From the human T2T-CHM13v2.0 reference genome, Homo sapiens: DNA of 64,000 nt. The translations under genes were made by a program, and so were the position numbers. Below the pieces are notes generated by a model that was not told the origin of the DNA, searched no databases, and worked only from the letters and a program-made list of their open reading frames with translations. Shown here piece by piece: positions 45,314 to 58,095 of this stretch. The stretch's first letter is position 1, and each line of letters opens with the position of its first letter. The stretch lies in the NCBI RefSeq assembly GCF_009914755.1, contig NC_060931.1; one strand, written 5' to 3'.

Positions 45314-46027
45314 TGTGTTAGGCAATTTTTGCATCTCTATAAAGAAATACTTGAGGCTGGGTAATTTATAAAGAAAAGAGGTTTCATTGGCTCCTGGTTC
45401 TGCAAGCCATAAAAGCATGGCACTGGTATCTGCTTGGCTTCTGGGGAGGCCTCAGGAAGCTTTTTTTTTTTTTTGAGACAGAGTCTCGTCGCTCTGTCGC
45501 CCAGCTGGAGTGCAGTAGTGCGATCTCGGCTCACTGCAACCTCTGCCTCCCGGGTTCATGCCATTCTCCTGCCTCAGCCTCCTGAGTAGCTGGGACTACA
45601 GGTGCCCACCACCATGCCCGGCTAATTTTTTTGTATTTTTTAATAGAGACAGGGTTTCACCTTGTTAGCCAGGATGGTCTTGATCTCCTGACCTTGTAAT
45701 CCGCCTGCCTTGGCCTCCCAAAGTGCTGGGATTACAGGCATGAGCCACCACGCCTGGCCAAGAAGCTTCTAATCATGGCAGAAGGCAAAGCGGGGGTAGG
45801 CACATCAGATGGTGATAGCAGGAGCAAGGGAGAGAGAGAGGGGCGATGCCACACACCTTCAAACAACCAGAGCTCATGTGACCTCACTCACTGTTATGAG
45901 GACAGCACCAAACCATGAGAGGTCTGCCCTCATGACACAGATACCTCCCATCAGGTCCCACCTCCAGCATTGGCAATTACATTTTTAACCTGAGATTTAG
46001 GCAGGGACAAATACCCAAACTATATCA
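45314..46027 (-). mobile_element. MaLR solo LTR (MST) containing an Alu and inserted in a MIR
   Basis: TG..CA ends. 5-bp TSD CTCAT at 45309-45313 and 46028-46032. Confidence 0.9.
45461..45759 (-). mobile_element. Alu (AluY-like) nested in the MST LTR
   Basis: TTCATGCCATTCTCC and GTTAGCCAGGATGGTC. TSD GAAGCTT. Confidence 0.95.
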
Positions 46028-46239
46028 CTCATCTAGAAAAGAAGGGAAGAGTGACATCTGCCTATCTTGCAGTATTGTTGTGAAATAATAGATGTGAAAG
46101 CACTTCATACTCATAAGGACTGGGATTGTCATTGCTGGGTTGTGACAATCGCAGCTGTGATCAAGTCTTCGAGGCTTTAGTTACTTGACTGCCTTGAGGT
46201 TGTGGCCTCTTGTTATGCCTGGAATTCTCCCTTCCTTCA

Positions 46240-46790
46240 CTTCTTTACCCACCCCTTGAGATACTTCTTATAACCATCCCCTAAGTTCAATGTTGGTAGC
46301 CCTGAGACTTCTGTCCTTGGATCCCTTCTCTTGAGACCATTTATCTCAGAGCTCCATGTGTCAACATTACCTGTCTTCTGATAACCACCCAGTTTTCTGT
46401 CTCTAGCCTTTGCTTCTCCCTTAAGTTCTGGATCCAAATGTCCAACTTCTCCCCAGATACCTTGATGTAATTATCTCAAGCTGCATACTAGTGCCTCAAA
46501 CTGCTTGCCCTTCCCCACACACTGTGTTCCTTCATAACTGGGTGTCATCTTAAAAGTACTTCTGGTAAACTCCTGCTCATCCTTCAGAACCCAACTTTAG
46601 TCTAGTCTCCTCTTGGCTGACTTCCTCCTGTGCGCTCCCAGAGAACTTTGTACCTACACCTAACATGCCACTTCTCACACTGCCACTGTGGCCATTGGTG
46701 TAGTTTTCATTAAGTCAAGGACTATGCTTTATTTGCCTTTAAATTCTCATCCTTGAGCAGAGTGCAGGGCGGGCAGTAAGTCTAATTGGA
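46240..46790 (+). mobile_element. L2 fragments
   Basis: TCTGTCCTTGGATCCCTTCTCTT...AACTCCTGCTCATCCTTCAGAACCCAAC. Confidence 0.6.
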
Positions 46791-48596
46791 TGCATATACC
46801 TCATTCTAGTCATGCCCATGCAGCAGAGGGGAGTTTCATCTTTAATGCCACATCTGGCTTTACACTAGAGGCCTGAACCTGCCGGATGCACAATTTTGTT
46901 CTTTTCCCTGCTGGCTAGGATTTGCAGGCACCCAGAAGCTGAAGACCCTCGGGGTCTCCAGAGGAGGTCACATGTGCCTCTGGCCACAGCCACCCCTGGA
47001 CTTTCAGCTGGCCAGTGCTCCCAGCTCCCAGCCCTTGGCTGGCAGAGGTGAGCAGGAGTCCCACCCACTCCTCCCCAGCTTAGCCGAGTCATGTTGATAT
47101 TCTGGCGGCATAGTCAGGCTTGTTATTGAGCACATGCTTTGCAGATTAGCCTGTTTGTATAGCCAATCGAACATGTGCTCCATTAAAAATTAAAGCATCC
47201 TGTTTTAAGGATGGAGCAGGAGACATCAGCTGCCACTGTGTAGCAGACATGCAAAGCCCCAGAGCCCATTACCATAGGTTACAGCAAATGTTAATCAGTG
47301 CCAGTGCAGTTAAATAATGCAGTTTGTGCAGATGGCAGCTACTACATCTCCTCACAGATGTGTCCTCAAGTCCCGGAGGCTGCTGTATCACAGGAGTTGT
47401 CGGGAGCAGTCAGATCTGATGCTGACTGTCAATATCACCTTTTGTGTTTGTGTGCATCCTCCAGCCAGCTGAGAGGCAACGATAGGATGACTCCAGGCCC
47501 TACTTCCAGCAGCCCTTCCAGAGCTGGAGCAGGGGGTCTGTGCAGGGCTCACAGGAGAGCAGAAATATTTCACTAAATCGCCAAGAACACTCAGAGTAAA
47601 GCTCTGCAGTCTGCTCCATGAAACTGTACCCAGCTGCATCCTGCAAGAGGCTTCCCAGCCAGGTGGAGTGGGGATGGCGTTCCCACCTTCACTCTTCACT
47701 GCTTTCTGCTTGCTGATGGGCAAGAATTCCACAAGTATTCTTCCTGGCTTCCATAAGCACAGGGACACCTCACTGTATCAGAAGTTGGAGTTCTGACAGC
47801 ACCTACTGTGCACAGGGCCTGATTCTGAATGGCAAAGTGCTGTTCCCGAAGCCCAGGCACTTGGCTCTCTGGTCCAGGTGTCCCTACCCTCCAGCCCCTG
47901 AACAGATACTCTGCGTAAAATTTAGGAACAAATCGCCACTCATGCTGCCAGCAGTAAGCAGCAACTGTTGTGGCAAGAAAAGACCAAACTGTTTCAACTG
48001 TCCCAGCTCTTCTCTCTCTCTGTGTACTTCCTTACTAGCAGCTGTGGGGGACCCTTCCATGAAGGGGCACCTAGAGCACTGACATCCACATGTGGGCACC
48101 TGGGGGCATTCCATCTCAGCCACTGTCAGGAGCAGGCACAGTGACTGGTCCCCATGAAGGTGGCCTGTTATCAAGAGAAGATGAAATAAAGCTCGAGGTA
48201 ACCAAGTGTGGGAAACTTGTATGGAAGCAGGGGAGATTGCTCTTGATATAGTTAAGTGTTTTACTTAAAGGTGTAAGCCTCAGCTTTCTGAAAAATATGC
48301 TACTGTAGAACAACTCATTTCTGAATAGCATCAAATATGTGAGGTGAAAATGTACTTATGAGAAAAATAGTTAAAAGTTTATTCATCCTATTTCCTTTCT
48401 AGGTTGTCAGACTATGTGCTATTCTTCATTCCTAGATGGGAAACATTGCATCTTATGAATGTAACGTGTTGCTGTAGACAAATATTCTTGTGGAGTGAAG
48501 CCCAGGGACAAGGGTCTTTTGCTTTCCTTGCAAAATGTAGAGACATTATTCCTGTTTCACCTTTGAAGGCCATGCCATCTGATAGGCCATGCCATC

Positions 48597-48954
48597 TGAT
48601 ATGGTTTGGCTCTCACCTTGAATCGCACCTTGAATTGTAATAATCCCCATACGTTGTGGGAGGGACCTGGTGGGAGGTAATTGAATCACAGGGGTGGGTC
48701 TTTCCTGTGCTGTTCTCGTGATAGTGAATAAGTCTCACGAGATCTGATGGTTTTATAGAAGGGAGTCTCCCTGCACATGCTCCCTCTTTGCCTGCCGCCA
48801 TGTAAGATGTGCCTTTGCTCTTCCCTCATCTTCTACCATGATTGTGAGGCCTCCCCAGCCATGTGGAACTGTGAGTCCGTTAAATCTCTTTTTCTTTATA
48901 AATTACCCAATCTTGAGTGTATCTTTATTAGCAGCGTGAGAACAGACTAACACA
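48597..48954 (+). mobile_element. THE1 solo LTR (MaLR)
   Basis: TGATATGGTTTGGCT...GTGAATAAGTCTCACGAGATCTGATGGTTTTATA...GAACAGACTAACACA. TSD CCATC on both sides. Confidence 0.93.
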
Positions 48955-48962
48955 CCATCTGA

Positions 48963-50110
<1,148 letters not shown>

Positions 50111-50999
50111 AATATGTTTGGGCTGGAAGCAAATGTTGGAAATGGAGTTTTAAAACAACAGGGTTATTTTTTAAGCTTTCTAATAAACTTTCTATCAAAA
50201 GCATTTTTCAATTATTAACACTTCATAAATGAACAAATTTCATCTTCTCAAAGTTACACTTAGGTGCCAACTAGAGAAAGCAGAAGAATTCATTTTCTTA
50301 ATATTTTGTGAAATCCAGGATAGATTATTATTTCAAGCTATAAGGCTTCCAGCATTAGCCTTGAAACCTCATCTTTATTTTGCTTCACTGCTAGGTGTCT
50401 CCTTTTTTGTTTTTCCTAGAACTTTTGTTTGACTTCTAATTTTGTCCTCTGATTGAGGACTGAAACAACGTGTAATAATCTCACACCAGGCAAATATAGT
50501 TGAAATTTTTAGTGGATTTGATTACATTCTTGAAAGTGGCAAAATCAAGTAAAAGCAGATAGATCAGAAGATTGAAAGCTTTGGCTTACAATCATTCTTT
50601 TTACTTTTTAGGATGTAAATCATCGTATTGGTCCTTTTTACTTTAGACAAATATGACCCCATAAAGTTTTAAAAGTTTGTGTCTGTGAAAAAAAGCAAGA
50701 TGAATTGTCTCTCACTTCCCTGGTTTGGAAGAGAAGTTCCAAAGCAGGGCTGAACTGTCATCATCATCTAATAATTTTCCTTTAGTTTTCATTTTTCCTT
50801 TCTAAATCTTAGCATGTGAGATCACAGGCTCCCTCTCCAAACTCATCAGTTGTCTCTTGTTTTACCAGTAAGAACTGAACCCCTCATCTCAACCAGTCTG
50901 TCACCAAGGCACTTGCTCCAAAGACTCTGTACCAGTCGAGATGCTTTTAGCTGCAAGTAATAGAATGCCTCATCCAAAGTAGCCATAGGGTAGCCATAG

Positions 51000-51270
<271 letters not shown>

Positions 51271-51496
51271 TCAGAGGTAACCAGATGTGTATTAGGCTGA
51301 CTCCTAGGAAGCTTTACGTTAGGTTGATAAGATGGCTACAAGCATGGTATCTCCACACCATATACCCAAGGAGGGAAGGAAAAGGGCAGACCTACTCCTT
51401 AATTGTGTCTTTCTTTTTAGCAGGAAGGAAAATCCTTTCCGGGGGTCCTGCAGCAGATTGCCCCTTACAGATAATAGCCAGAACTAGGTCACGTGT

Positions 51497-51891
51497 TGAT
51501 AAGGTTTAGATACTTGTTCCCTTCAAATCTTTTGTTGACATTGCATCTCCAGTGTTCGAGGTGGGCGCTGGGAGGTGTTTGGGTCACGGGGTGGATCCCT
51601 CATGAACGGCTTGGTGTCCTCCCTGTGGTAATGAATGAGTTCTCACTCTACTAGTTCACACAAAAGCTGCTTGTTTAAAAAAGCCTGGCACTTCTTCCCC
51701 TCTCACCACGTGCCCTGTTGACTACCCTTGCCTTCTGCCTCGAGTAAAACTCCCTGAAGCCCTCACCAGAAGCAGATGCTGGCACCATAATTCTTGTACA
51801 AGCTGCAGAGCCATGAGCCAAATAAACCTCTTCTCTATAAATTATCCACCCTCAGGTATTCCTTTATAGCAGCACAAAATGGACAAATACA
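51497..51891 (+). mobile_element. MaLR solo LTR (MST family)
   Basis: TGATAAGGTTTAGAT...GGATCCCTCATGAACGGCTTGG...CAGGTATTCCTTTATAGCAGCACAAAATGGACAAATACA. Confidence 0.9.
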
Positions 51892-52189
51892 CATGGGTGC
51901 CACAAACCAGTCACTAGCAAATATAGATTAGACCACTTGGTTATCTCCTGGCCTGGACACATGTCACTTTCCTACCTGAACAAAGTTGATGTTTTCTAAT
52001 AACAGAGAATGAAGGATGACAAGCTGCCAGGGTCGACAACTAACAATGTCTGCTACAGCAGTACAACCCGTTACTCCTACTGAAAAAACTCACTCCAGGT
52101 GGAATAGTAGCTTATGTCAGGGTCTGTATTGATAGGCCAGTAGATTATAAAGTATTTGGAAGTGATCTTAGAATCTCTGCTCATTTATG

Positions 52190-52400
52190 TCACCACTGTT
52201 TCATTTACATACCTCTAGGATAGCACTTACCACGTGGCATCATGATTCCATGTCCACAGGTCTGACTGTTCCTACCAGATTGTCACCAGGAACCCCTTAT
52301 TTCTTTGTGTCCAGAGTACCCAGGATAATACTTGGAACTTAATAGAGGTAGAGGCTCAGTCGGTGTTTGCTGAACAAATGAATGAATAAACTAACAACAA
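52190..52400 (+). mobile_element. L2 3' fragment
   Basis: GGCTCAGTCGGTGTTTGCTGAACAAATGAATGAATAAA. Confidence 0.55.
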
Positions 52401-52559
52401 ATAATGAATAACATATTCCTGAAGCCATGCGTTATGAAGAACAGTTGGAATAACTATAGGTGTTTACCTGGGGAATGAATGAATGAATGGACAAATGAAT
52501 AAGCAAATGACAACTAAGAGATTTTTGGAGCGGTGTCCAATGAACTGTTGAAATGACGA

Positions 52560-52900
52560 GAAATGTTGACATGGAGAAGAGATTTGAGGAATACAGTGAC
52601 TTTTTGCAACGCAGGATTTAAAAGCCTTTTAAGTGAAAGAGAGATGAGACTTACTTTGTGGGATCTTTAAGGGTAGAGCTAGGAAAAGTGGGCTGAAACT
52701 ACAAGGAGACAGAATTGTAAAACTAAAATCTAAAAGTGGAGCTATGTAAAGATGGAATAGACTGCCTCTGGAAAGAATGAGCTCACTGTCACCAAGCAGA
52801 GAGTGGCTAGGCATACTCTCAGGCAGTGGTAGGATTTTATCATTGAAGATTGGACTTAGATAAGAATGATACTTATTCCCTGGTATAACTGGGGGTCCTC
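52560..52900. mobile_element. Probable L3/CR1 3' fragment
   Basis: AGATGGAATAGACTGCCTCTGGAAAGAATGAGCTCACTGTCAC resembles the L3/MIR3 3' end. Confidence 0.45.
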
Positions 52901-53181
52901 CCTCGTAGTGAGGGTATTCTCTGAAAGTATGAAAAATTAAACTTTTACCACTTAATGTTAACATGAAGGAGGTATGTGGTAGCCCTTTCCAAAGTACCAA
53001 GAGACTTTATGATGCTATGAGACATCTTGGAGTAATCCCATCTGTCTTTATTATTCCCAATTACATGTGCCATTTCCCTGTTGAGCTCATTTCTGATAGA
53101 AGAAATGTTTTTTAAAAGAAAACGATGTTAATAGATGTCACTGGTTTTGTCTGTCTTAACGGATTCTGTTTCTCACTTCAG

Positions 53182-53231
53182 GACATTATCCAGTTTATAC
53201 TTTATTAAAATTGGCCTCATGCACCCTTGAG
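53182..53231 (+). other. Candidate small exon (50 nt)
   Basis: Branch-like CTTAAC, acceptor TTCTGTTTCTCACTTCAG|G and donor GAG|GTGAGT. No transcript evidence. Confidence 0.4.
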
Positions 53232-54471
53232 GTGAGTGGGTAGAGAATGAGGAGAAGAGCCTCACTTCCCGGAGATGGCGGAGAGGGATTGGGCCCACCA
53301 GGTATTCTTTCAAATGGGCTGCCTTACTGCCCACCTGCAGGACTGAAAATCAGAGAAAAGCGGTGGAAATTGAGAAACTGTAGGACATCATTCACTCTCG
53401 TAATTACAGTGAGGAAGTGTGCTGCATATGTATGTTCCCTCAGTAAAACAGGTGTTCTGCCCTTAAAATGCTAATTATAGACTATTGCAGATCAATGATC
53501 TTCACTTATTTCATATTGCTGCTCCATTTTTTCCACATTTAACTACCCTGTGATATAGAAAGCTTGCTCACCCTTGAAAAAATCAAAATGCATATGGATT
53601 TTCTGAAATAAGCCCCTTTTCTGGAAGTATTTTGTGGTTAGTTTCAAAATGTAATATCCTGAGAAAGGTTTAAGTCGGCTTTTTATTTTAATATATAATA
53701 AAAAAGTAAAATCACTAGGCAATGAGCAATTTTACTTCCATTAGCCTAATGTCTTTGTGGTTTCATCTGAGGTCACTAGTAGATTATTTTTCTTGCATTA
53801 TTTCATCAGCTGTCAGTTCTATTACAATCATGTAATTCATTCAGTGCTGTGATTTTTCAAAGACATAACTGTAAGCTTAGAAGACAGTTTTTTGGAAGTT
53901 TATTTAGATGATTGTAGGGTGTCAGACTGCCTCAATCTTCTCCATGCTCAGTGTCTGAAGGGTCACCAACAGATTGTACATGACCTTAGATGCTCGAGTA
54001 ATTATCACCACTATGTTTTTATACCCAGCACATAAAAATATATCTGCACTTTCTTTATCATCATCTTTTGAAAGACTGTGGCCTGCCTATGGGCTGGGCA
54101 ATTAGGTTTACTACTTAGATTACAGGATACATGATACAGCTCTTATTTAACACCAACAATAACTCTTTTTAAGGTGGTTTCATTTCAAGCTTAGTCTATT
54201 AATATATTCACCATTGGGCTTTGATTACAATAATGCAGTTTATTTATGTTTGCATATAGTGGGTATCAGTCAAGAAATCATTTGAAAATCATTCACTGAA
54301 CACCAGCTACTCACAGCTTGTTAGTTTCTGGTGGTTATAAAGGAATTAGAAATTCTCTGCTCTTGAACATATTATTGTGATCCATCAAAGCCTCTAGCAA
54401 AGTAGTCATTTAGTTTGGTTTTTGTGAGGTTTTTTTAGTACGAGGATAATTTTTAAATATTAAAAAAATTA

Positions 54472-54775
<304 letters not shown>

Positions 54776-54829
54776 TTAGAACTCTACATAGTAATAGTTT
54801 ACCTTTATTATCTTGTAATTTTAAAAGTA

Positions 54830-55035
54830 CAAAATGCACATTTAAGATACATGTGCATAAAATGATATGTCTGGGATTTGTTTTAAAATTATCTGGAAAG
54901 GTGGGAGTAGTGGGAATGGGTAGATGAAATAAGACTGGCCATGAGTTGATAATTGTTGAAGCTGAGTGCTGGTAGGTAGCAGTTTATTATACAGTTCTCT
55001 CTACTTTTATGGAAATTGTTCATTTAAAAAAAGGA
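54830..55035 (+). mobile_element. Old L1M 3' UTR end
   Basis: ATGTCTGGGATTTG...GATGAAATAAGACTGGCCATGAGTTGATAATTGTTGAAGCTG. Confidence 0.75.
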
Positions 55036-55050
55036 ATAGAAGGTTACTAT

Positions 55051-55345
55051 GCACAGGGAGCAGTGGCTCAGGCCTGTAATTTCATACTTTGGGAGGCCAA
55101 GGTGAGAGGATTGCTTGAGCCTAGGAATTCAAGACCAGCCTGGGCAACATAGGGAAACCCTGTCTCTACAAAAAAATACAAAAATTAGCCCAGTGTGGCA
55201 GTGCATGCCTGTACTCCCAGCTGCTCAGGAAGCTAAGGCAGCAGGATTGCCTGAGCACAGGAGGTTGAGGCTGCAGTGAGCCAGGGTTGTACCACTGTAC
55301 TCCATCCTGGGTGATAGAGCGAGACACTGTCAATCCATCAAACAA
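55051..55345 (+). mobile_element. Alu (AluJ-type)
   Basis: Diverged dimer. ACTATG flanks both ends. Confidence 0.9.
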
Positions 55346-57029
55346 TCAATAACTATGAATTCAGCTTTGCTTTTAAAAAGAAAATATATTTTAATGATCA
55401 TTGAAGCATTTCCATATACTTGAAAAATATTAATAATTGTATGAGAATAGCATATAATTTCCTGAGACTATAGACAGAGCTTTGTGCTCATGGACTCTGA
55501 ACCCTTTGTTGTAACTATTAGAATACAATAGACAAGCAAGTTCAAGGTAGCTTGATACATACTGTACACAAACACTGAGCACATTCCAAGGGATGTGAAC
55601 CTTAACTACAGAAGCGTGTATGGAGCTGCTTTAATTTACTGTGACTGTGTTGCATAGAAAAGGAAGACGACCGTGCTGCCACTTAAGTACTGATAACATT
55701 TAACACTGTGTGCATAAGATTGAGGCAGCTTGGAAGGTCCAGAATATGAAGCAAAGAATCCGATCCATTCAGAAACCAAGAAACCTCCAAATAATAGCAC
55801 TTTCACTCTAATTCAGCCTCTGCCAAATTTGCCTTTGGCCAATTGTCACCAGTGCCAAATTACCAACAGACTTCCTTTTCTGGTCTTAGTCATGTTGACC
55901 TCTTCCTTCTGTCTCCTAGTCAAGCAGAATTTAAAACATCTACATTGTATTTCAATTTCTATGAAGATGGGAGAGGAAAGGTGTATTTCTTGTCTTTTGT
56001 CCCTGGCCAGCTTCTACTGGGAACTTATTTCCTTGAAATTCCTGTCCTGTAAAAGCATGCAGATGAAAGTATCTTTAATGTATAATTACATTTTTATATG
56101 TGTATAATCTTAGATTACATGGGAATTGAGTATCTGGAATGGATCGGCCTTAGGAAAATGTTTCTTTTTAAAAACTATTAAATATTGGAACATTATACAA
56201 AAAAATAGCATTGAAATATTTAATCTGTGGTTCAGCTCTGTTGTTCATTTAAAGGTTTAACTGTTTCCCACTGTTTAAATATCTCTATCTGATCTTTCAT
56301 GCTAAGTTAGCATGTCCAAAATATTGAAAAACAGATGAATGATCAAGGAACTTAAGGAATACTCCTCCAGTGAAGCCAGAAGGATATTCTTGAGGAGAAA
56401 AAAAGAATGCATGAAACTTATTTAACAAGAAAGATTTGAGTCAGGTAATCTACATAATATATCCACTGGCATTAAGGCTGTCATCTTGGTATTGCATTTC
56501 TGGTACGAATTTCGCAATAGCTGTCTTTCACTGTCGGTTCTAATAAAGAGTGTTGGTCAGCTTAAATTCCCTGGGAGCTCAGAGTTATGTTTTGTGAACT
56601 GCATGTGCCTGAGGCCTCTCATGCATGATTTAAACTGCTTTGTAAATGTCAATAGGTGGAAAAGCATTGGATCCCTTGTAGATTTCTCCAAATCCTCAAA
56701 GATGTGTATGCCATGTATAAACCATGCTGCACTCTCAAGGCCATTGCCGTTTTTTATACTTGCCTAACTGGGGGTTTAAGGTATTGCTAGAAGCAAAATA
56801 TCAGTGTGTTCATGTCTCGATCCAACTGGCCAATGAAACCCTTTATTAGGAAAACCTTTGCACCAGAGAAATGTCTCCAGTGACCTGAAATGGGCACACC
56901 TCATGAATGTTGAATGTTCTTCAAACTCTATTTCTTCATTCTTGACTTTTTTCAAAACATACATTTGACTTGATTGAATTTACTGATTTCAGAGTACTGC
57001 ATCCATTCCATGGACAGCAGTATGGGGTC

Positions 57030-57190
57030 ATCAAAAAAAATTTCCATTGAGAGTGCCCAGACCTGGGTCCTATCCTGGTTCTGCCACTCTCTGGCTCTTT
57101 GTCCTTGGGCAAGCCACTTAACCTTTTGGGGGCCCTGCTTTTCTGATCCATTAAATAAAGGAGGTTGAATTAAATGATCTCTAGTTATCC
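57030..57190 (+). mobile_element. MIR
   Basis: AGACCTGGGTCCTATCCTGGTTCTGCCACT...CCTTGGGCAAGCCACTTAACC. Confidence 0.75.
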
Positions 57191-57889
57191 CTCACAGCTC
57201 CAGCATCAGTGATTCCAAGAGATAGTGACAGAAAACCAGTGTGTCACTTTTAAAGCCAGGGAACACATGTGACTTTTTAACTGGGCTCATTCCACTCTCT
57301 GGGCAGTACACAGTGCCGGCAGAAGCCCCAAAATGGCCAGCAGCAATGGCGTAGGGAGGCCTGAGTGTTAGCTTGAGGGTTCATCAACTCATTTTCGTTC
57401 AAAGCACTTCCTGGTGATTGTTTTCCATGGACCTGGGAACTGCACTAAGGGCGCTCCTCCCACAGTGTGCCCTGACCCCCCAGGTGTGTTCTTTAGGTAA
57501 AGCTGTTTTTTAATGTCTGAAGAGGCCAAAGCAAATGCCAGTGAGGGTATAGCTCTCTAGGATCTCCAGAATAGAGGCACCATATGAGCAACAACACTAG
57601 ACTGGGTTTCTCAGAGTCTGTTTCTCACACACTTTAGTACCTCTCAGCTTAACATGGTACCTGGAGATAGAGGTGCTTAGGAAATGTATGCTTAGCAAAT
57701 GTTGCAGAAAGAGTTTATTCGGAGTCATAGAGCCATCGGAGCAGATGGTCTTTTTTGTTTTCTTCTTCATGTTTTGACTCCTACATAGTTCAGAATAAGT
57801 CACTTTGGTCTTTTCTTTGCACATGTTCACTTTCTAATATAGTGTCTTCTTGGGGAGACTGTTTTATGGGGAATATGTGAGTTCATGTG

Positions 57890-58095
57890 TTAGCTGTGGA
57901 GCCAGCCTGCCTGAATTTGAATCCTGACTTTTCCTCTAACTGTGTGACCTTGAGCAGTTTCCTTAACCATTCTGTATCTCAGGTTTTAATCTGTAAAATA
58001 AGGATAACGGGAGTACCTAGCTCTTCAGATTGTGAGGATTGAATGGGATATACACATAAAGCTCTCAATGCCTGGTGTGTTAAAGTGTTCGCAGT
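57890..58095 (+). mobile_element. MIR
   Basis: CTGTGTGACCTTGAGCAG...ATCTGTAAAATAAGGATAA...TTGTGAGGATTGAATG. Confidence 0.8.

Noticed and set aside
48385-48470. Strong-looking acceptor TTTCCTTTCTAG|G at 48402
   Set aside because: There is no good donor at exon distance, and isolated acceptors are common by chance.
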